This document shows positions 1-9,400 of a stretch of 38,099 nucleotides of DNA, in pieces (the stretch's first letter is position 1; every line of letters starts with the position of its first letter). The position numbers and the translations under genes are program-made. The stretch comes from Gemmatimonadales bacterium (GTDB lineage Bacteria > Gemmatimonadota > Gemmatimonadetes > Gemmatimonadales > GWC2-71-9), in NCBI GenBank assembly GCA_041577295.1, contig JBFGJG010000043.1, forward strand, positions 1-38,099, given 5' to 3'. The notes below the pieces were generated by a model, which saw nothing but the letters and a program-made list of their open reading frames with translations, was not told the DNA's origin and ran no database searches.

Positions 1-182
1 CGCTTGTCGACGTCGGCTTCCGTGCATGTGGCTATCGGTCGAACACCCCAGCTGGGGATAGCCCTCACGTGTCCGCGTGGGTATTCTTGTTGTCGCGTCG
101 TTTCATCCACGTCGCGCATCGTTCTTTGAGAGGCTAGCTCTTTCCACCGTATCAACCGCACGAGTTCCCGCGGAGTAAATCA

Positions 183-3100
183 ATGCCACTTCGTACCCTT
201 CGCTTTTGGTGCGCCGCAGCGTTCCTCGCCGTTGCGGTCAGCCCCTCGAGTGCTCACGCACAGGCTGGCAATGACGAGACGACGGATCTGCCCCTCGAGC
301 CCGCCCGGTGGGCGCGGTTCACGACCAGTACGGGAACGTGGATCTCGCTCGATGTCAGCCCGGACGGACAGACCATTGTGTTCGATCTCCTCGGCGATCT
401 CTATCGCATGCCGGTCTCGGGAGGGACGGCCACACGTCTCACCCACGGGCTCGCCCACGACATGCAGCCGCGGTTTAGCCCCGACGGTCGTCGCATCGTC
501 TTCGTGTCCGACCGGAACGGCGATGAGAACGTTTGGTTGTTGAACCTCGAGGATGGTCGGTTTACACAGCTCACCGACGAGAAGGGCACCGGCTTCATCT
601 CGGGATACCTCTCGCCGGAATGGACGCCGGACGGGAATTACATCGTGGTGTCTCGCTCCGTTCCGTTTCAGGGGCTCGAGAAGCTGTGGCTTTATCACGT
701 CGGCGGCGGCACCGGCATCGAGATGGCCGGTGGACCGGGTGGGCTCCGTTTGCTTGGACCCGCGTTTGGTCCCGATCCACGGTACGTGTGGTTCGCGCAA
801 CGTTTCGGGGCGTGGCAATACAACGCGATCCTACCTCAATACCAGCTCGGCGTGTACGACAGAGAAACCGGAACGCGCACGACGATGAGCTCACTATATG
901 GCTCCGCGTTCCGGCCGGCGGTGTCTCCCGATGGCCGTTGGCTGACCTACGGTTCTCGTCACGACGCGGAGACCGGTCTCCGGTTGCGGGAGCTCGCCAC
1001 CGGTGAAGAACGCTGGCTTGCGTATCCCATTCAACGCGACGACCAAGAAGCGCTTGCCAGCATGGACGTGCTGCCGGGTTACTCGTTCACCCCTGATTCA
1101 CGGTCCATCGTCATCTCCTATGGTGGCGAGATCTGGCGCGTTCCAGTAGATGGCTCGGCGGCGACCAAGATTCCGTTTACGGTCAACGCCGAAGTTGCGG
1201 TCGGGCCGCAGGTCGAGTTCGAGTACCCGATAGAGGATACGCCGACGTTCACGGTAAAGCAGATCCGTGACCCGGTGCCGTCACCTGACGGACGGCGACT
1301 CGCCTTTACCGCGCTGGATCGCTTGTACGTGGTGGACCTGCCTTCGGGCACTCCGCGCCGGCTGACCGATCAGAATGTGGGAGAGTACCACCCAACGTGG
1401 TCCCCCGATGGCAGCGCCATCGCGTATGTCACATGGAATGACACGACCGGCCATGTGATGCGCGTTTCGGCAAGTGGGGGCAGGCCAACGCAGCTCACGA
1501 GAGTGAGCGCGTACTATCAGCAGCCCGCCTGGTCTCCCGATGGTCAGCGCATTGCGCTCATCCGAGCGGCGGCACGGGACCTCAAAGAGGCAGTCGACCC
1601 GTTCGTGTTCGACGGGCTCGGGTCGGAGTTCGTGTGGGTACCGGCAACGGGTGGTGACGTGACGGTCATTGGGCCGACGCGTGGTCGCACGAAGCCGCAT
1701 TTCACCTCGAACCCCGAACGGATCTACACGTACGGTTTCGTTCCCTCCGATGGTCCGGTGTCATCCGGTCAAACCGCAACCGTCGCGCTCGTCTCCACAC
1801 GCTGGGACAACACGGATCTCAAGCAGCACGTGCGCGTGACCTGGCGGCTCCCGCTGGGTCCGACCCACTGGGAGGTCTCGAAGACGTCGGACCTGGTGAT
1901 GCCGCGCGACTTCACAAAGGAGCCGCAAATCCCGCAGGTGGCTGCGGACCTGGTGCTGATGGCGCCGAGCGGTGATCTCGCGTTGGCGCAGGTGAACAAC
2001 GACGTCTACGTCGTGACCGTGCCAATGGTCGGCGGCGAGGTCCCCACGGTGATGGTGACCAAGCCGGACAGTGCGTCGATGCCCGTTCGCAAGCTGACCG
2101 ACATCGGCGGCGAGTTTGCGACGTGGGGGGCCGACGGGCGCACCGTCCACTGGTCCATTGGAAATGCGTTCGTCACGTATCGACTGGATCGCGCGGAGGC
2201 GGTGGACGACAGCTTACAGGTCGCCGGTGTCGATTCGGTTGCGGCGGCGGCTGCTGCCTATAGGCCTGAGGAGTTGCGCGTGCAGGTCAGCGTGGCGCGC
2301 GATATCCCACGAGGAACTGTGGTCCTTCGGGGTGCTCGCGTCGTGACCATGCGCGAAGACCAAGTCATCGAGAACGCCGACGTCATTGTCGAGAACAACC
2401 GCATTACGAGCGTTGGACCGCGGGGCACCACGCCAGCCGGGGCTCGAGTGATCGATGTGAGCGGAACCACTATCGTTCCAGGATTCGTGGACACGCACGC
2501 CCACATGTGGAACTTCTGGGGCATCCATTGGACGCGTCCGTGGATCTACCTCGCAAATCTCGCATATGGGGTCACGACCACACGCGATCCGCAGACCGCG
2601 ACCACGGACGTGCTGACCTATGGCGATCGCGTGGACGCGGGACAGATCCCCGGCCCACGCGTCTACTCGACCGGTCCCGGGGTCTTTTGGTTCGAGGGAG
2701 TTCGCAGTCTCGATCACGCGCGCGACGTGCTCCGACGGTACAGCGACTACTACGACACCAAGACGTTCAAGATGTATCTGTCCGGCAACCGTCGTCAGCG
2801 GCAGTGGCTCATCATGGCCGCGCGTGAGCTGCAACTCATGCCGACGACAGAAGGCGGGCTCGAGTACCGCCTCGATATGACGCACGCGATGGACGGGTAT
2901 CCCGGTGTCGAGCACTCCATGCCGATCGTTCCCGCGTACAACGATGTCGTGGAGCTTTTCAAAACCTCTGGGACAACGAACTCGCCCACACTGCTCGTCT
3001 CCTACGGGGGACCTTGGGCTGAGAACTACTTCTACACGACCGAAGACGTCGTGGGCGACGCCAAGCTCCGTCACTTCACACCCAAGGAAGAGTTGGACTC

Positions 3101-3587
3101 GAAGATACGACGTCGCAGTCCCGGCCCGGGACCGGGTGGGTGGTTCCACGAGGAGGAGTACGCGTTCCGCAAACACTCCGCGTGGCTCAAGCAATTGGTC
3201 GAGGCGGGCGGGCGTGCCGGCGTGGGAAGCCACGGGCAGCTCCAGGGCCTGGGGTATCACTGGGAATTGTGGGCAATGCAGAGCGGCGGAATGAGCAATC
3301 ACGACGCGCTCCGCACCGCGACGATCCTCGGCGCACAAGCCATTGGCTTGGGACGGGACCTGGGATCTGTCGAGTCTGGGAAGCTCGCTGACCTGATCGT
3401 GCTGAATGCGAACCCGCTCGACGACATCCGTAACACCAACACCATTCGGTACGTCATGAAAAACGGCCGCTTGTACGACGGCGACACCTTGAATGAGATC
3501 TGGCCGCGCGAGCGGCCCGCACCCGACGAACCCTGGCGCCATGTCGCGCCCGATGTCGACGCGGGGATCCGGGGAGGTGCGCGATGA
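183..3587 (+). CDS. Secreted PD40/TolB-like beta-propeller + amidohydrolase family protein (paralogue 1)
   Basis: 1134-aa ORF with a signal peptide (…AHA-Q) and many P-x-W/F-SPDG propeller repeats. C-terminal amidohydrolase motifs: PGFVDTHAH, GVTTTRDP, EH, GSHGQLQG, GSVESGKLADL, VMKNG. Confidence 0.9.
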   Translation: MPLRTLRFWCAAAFLAVAVSPSSAHAQAGNDETTDLPLEPARWARFTTSTGTWISLDVSPDGQTIVFDLLGDLYRMPVSGGTATRLTHGLAHDMQPRFSPDGRRIVFVSDRNGDENVWLLNLEDGRFTQLTDEKGTGFISGYLSPEWTPDGNYIVVSRSVPFQGLEKLWLYHVGGGTGIEMAGGPGGLRLLGPAFGPDPRYVWFAQRFGAWQYNAILPQYQLGVYDRETGTRTTMSSLYGSAFRPAVSPDGRWLTYGSRHDAETGLRLRELATGEERWLAYPIQRDDQEALASMDVLPGYSFTPDSRSIVISYGGEIWRVPVDGSAATKIPFTVNAEVAVGPQVEFEYPIEDTPTFTVKQIRDPVPSPDGRRLAFTALDRLYVVDLPSGTPRRLTDQNVGEYHPTWSPDGSAIAYVTWNDTTGHVMRVSASGGRPTQLTRVSAYYQQPAWSPDGQRIALIRAAARDLKEAVDPFVFDGLGSEFVWVPATGGDVTVIGPTRGRTKPHFTSNPERIYTYGFVPSDGPVSSGQTATVALVSTRWDNTDLKQHVRVTWRLPLGPTHWEVSKTSDLVMPRDFTKEPQIPQVAADLVLMAPSGDLALAQVNNDVYVVTVPMVGGEVPTVMVTKPDSASMPVRKLTDIGGEFATWGADGRTVHWSIGNAFVTYRLDRAEAVDDSLQVAGVDSVAAAAAAYRPEELRVQVSVARDIPRGTVVLRGARVVTMREDQVIENADVIVENNRITSVGPRGTTPAGARVIDVSGTTIVPGFVDTHAHMWNFWGIHWTRPWIYLANLAYGVTTTRDPQTATTDVLTYGDRVDAGQIPGPRVYSTGPGVFWFEGVRSLDHARDVLRRYSDYYDTKTFKMYLSGNRRQRQWLIMAARELQLMPTTEGGLEYRLDMTHAMDGYPGVEHSMPIVPAYNDVVELFKTSGTTNSPTLLVSYGGPWAENYFYTTEDVVGDAKLRHFTPKEELDSKIRRRSPGPGPGGWFHEEEYAFRKHSAWLKQLVEAGGRAGVGSHGQLQGLGYHWELWAMQSGGMSNHDALRTATILGAQAIGLGRDLGSVESGKLADLIVLNANPLDDIRNTNTIRYVMKNGRLYDGDTLNEIWPRERPAPDEPWRHVAPDVDAGIRGGAR

Positions 3588-6500
3588 ACCGGCTCCACTT
3601 CTCGATTCACACAGCGCTCGGCGCGCTGGTGCTCGCCGGCACGTTGGTGAACAGTCTACCCGCGCAGGGGCCTCCGGGCGGCGGCAAAGACAAAGAGAAG
3701 CCCCTTCCACTCGAGGCGTCCCGCAAGGCCACGTTCACCGCGACGACGGGCACGTGGATGTCCGTGGACGTCAGTCCGGACGGACAGACCGTTGTGTTTG
3801 ATCTCTTGGGCGACCTGTACACCGTGCCGGTCACGGGTGGCAAGGCGACTCGTATCACGGAAGGGATGGCGTTCGACGCGCAGCCGCGTTTCAGCCCCGA
3901 CGGCGAGTCCGTCGTCTTTATCTCCGATCGGAGCGGCGGGGACAATGTCTGGACCATGCGTCTCGATTTCACGGACACGACGCAGGTCACCCAGGGTAAT
4001 ACGAGTCTCTACGTCTCTCCCGAGTGGATGCCGGATGGAGAGCACGTCGTGGTGAGTCACTCGTCCGGTTTGTTCGGCTCCGCCAAGCTCGAGATCTATC
4101 ACGTGAAGCGCCGCAGTGCGCAGCCGGTCGTCCGATCGCCCAGCTCGTTCAAGACGGTTGGGGCCGCAGTGAGTCCCGATGGCCAGTACATCTGGTACGC
4201 CGCACGCTCGGGCGATTGGCAGTACAACGCCATCCTTCCGCAGTACCAGCTCTACCGGTACGACCGAGAGACCGGTCTCTCCACGAGGTTCACCGGCCGC
4301 TACGGCTCGGCGTTTCGTCCGGCCGTCTCCCCTGACGGCCGGTGGCTAGCCTATGGGACGCGCGACGGCACGGAGACGGGGATCCGTGTCCGAGATCTGA
4401 CCACCGGCGACGAACGCTGGTTGGCGTACCCCGTGCAGCGCGACGACCAGGAATCACGCGCCACGCTAGACGTGCTTCCTGGGTACAGCTTCACCGCGGA
4501 CAACCAGGCCATTATCGCGTCGTACGGCGGCGAGATCTGGCGGATCCCGATAAGTGGTGGTGCGGCGACCAAGATTCCGTTCGAGGCCGAGGTGGAGGTC
4601 GATGTCGGCCCGGAAGTGAAGTTCGCTTACGCGGTGGACACCACAGCCATGGTGACCGCCCGACAGATTCGCAACCCGGTCGCCTCGCCAGATGGACGGC
4701 GCATCGCGTTCACGGCATTCGACCGTGTTTGGGTCAAACAGCTCCCTGATGGCGATGTCCGCCGGGTGAGCAACGCAGACGTCGGCGAGTACCACCCGGT
4801 GTGGTCACCTGATGGATCGTCTCTCGTGTACGTGACCTGGACCGACTCTGCCGGTGGCCACATCATGCGCGCCCCCGCCGACGGCAGCGGACCGGCTCGC
4901 CGGTTGACCACCGTGGCGGCGCTCTACTACAACCCCGCGTGGTCACCTGACGGACGGCGGATCGTTGCAAGCCGCGGCGCGGCGCGCGAGCTCAAGCGGG
5001 CCCCAGACACCTTCTTCGGACCGCTGGGCGGCGAGTTTGTGTGGATTCCGAGTGCGGGTGGCCAAGTCACGGTGATTGCGCCGACCGGCACCCGGGACGT
5101 GGCGCACTTCCAGGCCGACGAGCCGGATCGCATCTACGCCTATAGCCCGCGAGAAGGGCTCGTGTCGTTCCGGTGGGATGGCACGGACGTCAAACAACAT
5201 CTGCAAGTGCGCGGATCACTTCCGCCCGGCATCGTCGCCTCGCCCCATCCGACCGAATGGCAGGCGCTTCCGCGGCGGGTGTTTCCGCTCCCAGTAGACA
5301 CGGCGGCGCTGTTCGCCGAAGGCGGTCCGCAGCCGCCACCGGCTGGTCTGGTGATGATCTCTCCCCAGGGAGGGCGCGCACTGGCTCAGGTCGGAAGCCA
5401 CATATACACGATCGATCTGCCCGCCGTGAGCGTTCCCGTTCCCACCGTTTCCGTTGCCAATCCGGCCGGTGCCCCAGTGCTCGTCCGGCAGCTGACGGAG
5501 ATCGGTGGTGAGTTTCCGTCGTGGAGTCCCGATGGAAACCGCGTGCATTGGGCCATCGGCAATGCACTGTACACGTACGACCTGTCGCGGGTAGAGGCTA
5601 TCGAAGATTCGACGATACAGGCGGGTCGTGAGACCGTGGCGCAGGCACTGCGCGCCCATCGGTTGCTCGACAGTCTCAAGAGCACGCGAGCACTGGTCGA
5701 CAGCCTCACGAAGGCAAACGCGACGGTGCCCGACACGCTGCGCGCTCGGCTCAATCGACTGGTAGCCGATTCTGTGCAGTTGCGGGCGGATTCGCTGATC
5801 CGTGCCGCCGATGAGCTGCGAGCGAGGGCGGCGGCGCTTCGTGCGCACGCGGATTCCGTGCGCACCGGGCTGGACAGTGCCCGCGCCGATACCGTGTCGT
5901 ACAAGCCGCGCGAGCAGCGTATTGCGGTCATGCTTCCCCGCGATGTCCCACAGGGGAGCGTCGTGTTGCGAGGTGGGCGCGTCCTGACGATGCAGGGCGA
6001 TTCGATTGTCGAGAACGCCGACATCGTCGTCACCAACGACCGGATCGTGGCGGTCGGACCAACCGGAGAAGTCACCGTGCCCGATGGCGCACGGATTATC
6101 GATGTGTCAGGCAAGACGATCACGCCCGGCTTCGTCGATACGCACTATCACGCTCAGTGGCTGGTGCCGGAGATTCATACCGAGCAGGTGTGGCAGTATC
6201 TGACGAATCTTGCGTACGGGGTCACAACCACGCGCGACCCGCAGACCGGCTGGACCGATATCCTGAGCTATCAGGATCGGGTCGAGATCGGCGGCATGGT
6301 GGGTCCCCGCATCTTTTCGACTGGTCCGGGTGTGTTCATTACGGAGGGAATCCGCAACGCGGACCATGCCAAGCAGGTGCTGAAGCGATACAGCGAATAC
6401 TACGACACCAAGACACTCAAGATGTACATGTCGGGGAACCGGCAACAACGACAGTGGATCATACAAGCCGCGAAAGAGCTCGAGCTCATGCCTACTACCG

Positions 6501-7240
6501 AGGGTGGGCTCGACTTCAAGCTCGACCTCACACACGCGATTGACGGGTACCCGGGGATCGAGCACGCGCTACCCATCGCGCCGATCTACGACGATGTGGT
6601 GCAGCTGTTCAAAGCCTCACAAACCACGAACAGTCCCACACTGCTCGTGTCGTATGGGGGTCCGTTCGGTGAGAACTACTTCTACACGCGCGAGGAAGTG
6701 CACGACGATCCGAAGCTGCGGCGGTTCGCGCCGGAAGAGAGCATTGACCGCAGGACCCGGCGGCGTGGCGCCGGAGCGGGCGGCAGTCCGGGGCAGGGGG
6801 GGTGGTTCCTCGAGGAAGAGTACGTCTTCCCCAAGCACGCCGAGTTCATCAAGAAATTGTTGGAGGACAGCGCCCGGGCCGCCGTGGGGAGTCACGGCCA
6901 ACTCCAGGGTCTGGGGTACCACTGGGAGTTGTGGGCCATGGCAGCGGGCGGACTCGACCCGCACCGCGCGCTTCGCGCGGCCACTATCTATGGAGCCGAG
7001 GCCGTCGGGCTGGCGAAAGACATCGGGTCCGTCGAGGCCGGCAAGCTTGCTGACATTCTCGTCTTCGATGCCGACCCGTCACAGGACCTCCGTAACACGC
7101 TGCGCTTGCAATACGTCATGAAGAACGGCCGGCTGTACGAAGCGGAAACGCTAAACGAGGTCTGGCCGCGCCAACGCGCGCTGCCGGAACCGGCATGGCG
7201 TCGTCTGGCGCCGGAGGGAGTGCAAGCAGGAATTCGTTAG
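3584..7240 (+). CDS. Secreted PD40 beta-propeller + amidohydrolase family protein (paralogue 2, with an ~80-aa longer helical linker)
   Basis: 1218-aa ORF with ATGA overlap to the upstream gene and collinear with paralogue 1 (shared WQYNAILPQYQL, GSAFRPAVSPDGRWL, YYDTKT, SHGQLQGLGYHWELWAM). Its metal motif is DTHYH. Confidence 0.9.
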   Translation: MNRLHFSIHTALGALVLAGTLVNSLPAQGPPGGGKDKEKPLPLEASRKATFTATTGTWMSVDVSPDGQTVVFDLLGDLYTVPVTGGKATRITEGMAFDAQPRFSPDGESVVFISDRSGGDNVWTMRLDFTDTTQVTQGNTSLYVSPEWMPDGEHVVVSHSSGLFGSAKLEIYHVKRRSAQPVVRSPSSFKTVGAAVSPDGQYIWYAARSGDWQYNAILPQYQLYRYDRETGLSTRFTGRYGSAFRPAVSPDGRWLAYGTRDGTETGIRVRDLTTGDERWLAYPVQRDDQESRATLDVLPGYSFTADNQAIIASYGGEIWRIPISGGAATKIPFEAEVEVDVGPEVKFAYAVDTTAMVTARQIRNPVASPDGRRIAFTAFDRVWVKQLPDGDVRRVSNADVGEYHPVWSPDGSSLVYVTWTDSAGGHIMRAPADGSGPARRLTTVAALYYNPAWSPDGRRIVASRGAARELKRAPDTFFGPLGGEFVWIPSAGGQVTVIAPTGTRDVAHFQADEPDRIYAYSPREGLVSFRWDGTDVKQHLQVRGSLPPGIVASPHPTEWQALPRRVFPLPVDTAALFAEGGPQPPPAGLVMISPQGGRALAQVGSHIYTIDLPAVSVPVPTVSVANPAGAPVLVRQLTEIGGEFPSWSPDGNRVHWAIGNALYTYDLSRVEAIEDSTIQAGRETVAQALRAHRLLDSLKSTRALVDSLTKANATVPDTLRARLNRLVADSVQLRADSLIRAADELRARAAALRAHADSVRTGLDSARADTVSYKPREQRIAVMLPRDVPQGSVVLRGGRVLTMQGDSIVENADIVVTNDRIVAVGPTGEVTVPDGARIIDVSGKTITPGFVDTHYHAQWLVPEIHTEQVWQYLTNLAYGVTTTRDPQTGWTDILSYQDRVEIGGMVGPRIFSTGPGVFITEGIRNADHAKQVLKRYSEYYDTKTLKMYMSGNRQQRQWIIQAAKELELMPTTEGGLDFKLDLTHAIDGYPGIEHALPIAPIYDDVVQLFKASQTTNSPTLLVSYGGPFGENYFYTREEVHDDPKLRRFAPEESIDRRTRRRGAGAGGSPGQGGWFLEEEYVFPKHAEFIKKLLEDSARAAVGSHGQLQGLGYHWELWAMAAGGLDPHRALRAATIYGAEAVGLAKDIGSVEAGKLADILVFDADPSQDLRNTLRLQYVMKNGRLYEAETLNEVWPRQRALPEPAWRRLAPEGVQAGIR

Positions 7241-7399
7241 GCCCCCTTGGGTCCCAATGGTCGCCAACCCTTGGGGGGCTCGGCAGCAGCTCCGCGCGTA
7301 GGGTCTGTTCAACGGAACGACGGTGCCATTGAGCAAGCACAGCGTGAGGTCAGATGGTGCAAGGCCTTCCAGCAGTGCCACTTATGGCGCCGGCCACTC

Positions 7400-7693
7400 C
7401 CATTTACATCGAGCCGACGTCAGCCCACATCGACCCGATGTCAGCTTACACCCAGCCGATGTCAGCTTACACCCAGCCGATGTCAGCTCACATCGAGCGG
7501 TTGCAACGTGACATTCGCCGCTTGCAACGATACAGCGGGCTTCTGCAACCGCACATCCGGCGTCGGCAACGTCGCAGCCCCGACGTGCACGGTGACATCG
7601 GCCAGCTGAAAGCCGTCATCTGGCGTCCGTTTCGTGACATTTGCCCTCTGCGACGTTGCAGCGCCCGACTGCATGCTCGCATCCGACCACTGC
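7400..7693. repeat. Degenerate tandem repeat, 14 units of 21 bp
   Basis: Units in exact 21-nt phase, e.g. cagcttacacccagccgatgt twice (7442-7483), cagctcacatcgagcggttgc, aacgtgacattcgccgcttgc, ttcgtgacatttgccctctgc. CA is conserved at unit positions 8-9 and TGC/TGT ends most units. Confidence 0.85.
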
Positions 7694-7739
7694 AAACCGC
7701 CGGCTACCTCTCCTGCCCCAACCCGCCCGCGCCGCTCCT

Positions 7740-8240
7740 TCAGGACCGGTAATTCCCGAACCGCAACTCCACTCCGTAGTCTTTGGACCGAAGGAACGTG
7801 ATGACCTCCTGCAGGGTGTCGCGCGATGGCGAGGACACTCGGACTTCGTCTCCCTGAATGGCCGCCTGCACCTTCTTGACGCCAAGCCCCTTGATGTCCT
7901 TGACGATAGCACGTGCGGTCTCGGTTGGGAGGCTTTGCTGCAGCGTGATCAGTTGTCGCATCCGCGCGCCGGCGGCGGGCGTGGGGTCGGTCGCCTTCAC
8001 GTTCTTGAGTGGGACTTTTCGTTTGATCAGCTTCGTCTGCAGAATGTCCCACAACGCCTTGATGCGAAAGTCATCGTCCGCTTCCAGCTTGATTGATGCG
8101 TTCTGCTTGTCGAGTTCGATCACACAGTCGGATCCCTTGAAGTCGTAGCGTTGCGCAACTTCCTTGCGGGCCTGGTTCACCGCGTTGTCGACTTCCTGCA
8201 TGTCCGCACCGGTTGAAACATCGAACGACGCTTGAGCCAT
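7740..8240 (-). CDS. yajQ: YajQ family nucleotide (c-di-GMP)-binding protein
   Basis: 166 aa with SFDV…QEVDNAVNQA…RYDFKGS, KVQAAIQGDEVRVS and C-terminal FGNYR. GGAG Shine-Dalgarno upstream. Confidence 0.95.
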   Translation of the reverse strand: MAQASFDVSTGADMQEVDNAVNQARKEVAQRYDFKGSDCVIELDKQNASIKLEADDDFRIKALWDILQTKLIKRKVPLKNVKATDPTPAAGARMRQLITLQQSLPTETARAIVKDIKGLGVKKVQAAIQGDEVRVSSPSRDTLQEVITFLRSKDYGVELRFGNYRS

Positions 8241-8311
8241 GGGATCTCCTCGTGTTCATGTTGTGGAACGCTAGACGGAAAATAGGTTCTTTGCTCCGCT
8301 CGCTACAGACC

Positions 8312-8334
8312 TCGTGTTGGACCGCCCAACACGA
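8312..8334. promoter_or_regulatory. 9-bp perfect inverted repeat, possible operator or hairpin
   Basis: tcgtgttgg-accgc-ccaacacga in the divergent yajQ/dioxygenase intergenic region. Confidence 0.35.
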
Positions 8335-8400
8335 CCCCAAGACCACTTAGCTCACAGAGAGAGGAACGGCACCGGGGTGCAATGTCATTAAATTTCATCC

Positions 8401-9366
8401 ATGAATTCCACCGTTCACGGCATCCATCACGTCACGTGCATTGCGGGAGATCCGCAGGAAAACCTGGACTTTTACGTCGGGGTCATGGGTTTGCGGCTCG
8501 TCAAGAAGAGTGTCAACCAGGACTCTCCCAATACCTATCACCTCTTCTATGCAGACGAGGCGGGCACGCCGGGGACGGATCTCACGTTCTTTCCCTGGTC
8601 GGAGATGGCACCGGTTCGCCCCGGTGTGGGTCTCGCCATGGAGGTCGTGTTCGCCGTCCGTCCCGGAAGTCTCGCGTACTGGCAGGAGCGGCTCACGAAG
8701 CACGAAATAGCGGTCACCGGTCCCCAAGAGCGGTTTGGTGAGTCGGTGCTCACGTTCAGAGATCCGCATGGGTTAGAGCTCGCGTTGGTCGAAACGAGTC
8801 GCGAACGGGTGAGCGTCCCGTGGTCGCGAAGTGTAGTCCCGGCGGAGCATCAACTCCGTGGGATGGATGCGGTGCGACTTTGGGAGACCGACCTCAGCGC
8901 AACCGCGACCTTTCTCACCTCTGCGCTAGGCTTCCAGCGATTGGGTCAGGAGGATGAGTGGACCCGATTTGGAATCGGTGAGGGTGTGGCAGGGGTGTTG
9001 ATTGACGTGCGGGAGTTGCCCAACCAGCCGCGTGGACGGTGGGGCACGGGTGGGGTACATCACGTGGCGTGGCGTGTGCGTGACACTGATGAACAGCTCG
9101 CGGTGCGCAAGCGGGTGGAGCTGGCTGGTCGCCGACCGACGCCGTTGATCGACCGCTTCTGGTTCACGTCCGTGTACTTTTTGGAACCCGGCGGCGTCTT
9201 GTTCGAGCTCGCCACCGATGGTCCCGGATTCGGTCTTGATGAACATGCCGATCGATTAGGGGAGCAGTTGATTCTTCCGCCATGGCTCGAGAGTCAGCGG
9301 GAAGCGATCGAGCAGGCATTGCCCCGGCTCACGGTCCCCTCTGCGGCGGCCCCGCGATCCGGGTGA
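8401..9366 (+). CDS. Ring-cleaving dioxygenase, VOC/glyoxalase family (MhqO/MhqA-like)
   Basis: GIHHVT, LRLVKKSVNQD…YHLFY, GTDLTFFPW, GGVHHVAWRV, DRFWFTSVYFLEPGGVLFELATDGPGF. Confidence 0.9.
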   Translation: MNSTVHGIHHVTCIAGDPQENLDFYVGVMGLRLVKKSVNQDSPNTYHLFYADEAGTPGTDLTFFPWSEMAPVRPGVGLAMEVVFAVRPGSLAYWQERLTKHEIAVTGPQERFGESVLTFRDPHGLELALVETSRERVSVPWSRSVVPAEHQLRGMDAVRLWETDLSATATFLTSALGFQRLGQEDEWTRFGIGEGVAGVLIDVRELPNQPRGRWGTGGVHHVAWRVRDTDEQLAVRKRVELAGRRPTPLIDRFWFTSVYFLEPGGVLFELATDGPGFGLDEHADRLGEQLILPPWLESQREAIEQALPRLTVPSAAAPRSG

Positions 9367-9400
9367 CTTTTTCTTTCGTTTTCGTCTCGAGGTCGAACAC

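Noticed and set aside
30..63. Hairpin ggctat…ccccagctgggg…atagcc at the window start
   Set aside because: The context is truncated and no family is recognisable.
2214..3710. Long antisense ORFs (2214-3710, 24927-26270, 28578-29651, 32256-33437, 33980-34978 and others)
   Set aside because: They are shadows of well-supported genes in high-GC DNA and contain no recognisable motifs.
7241..7279. Terminator after amidohydrolase 2 (gccccc…gggggc)
   Set aside because: The stem is short, the interior pairs poorly and there is no U-tract.
7400..7693. CRISPR array interpretation of the repeat tract
   Set aside because: The period is only 21 bp, there is no invariant repeat with unique spacers, and no cas genes are present.
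8367..8398. sigma54 motif (cGGCACcggggtGCa) or Pho box (tgtcat-taaa-tttcat) before the dioxygenase
   Set aside because: Spacings are off by one: N9 instead of N10, and a 10-bp instead of 11-bp repeat period.
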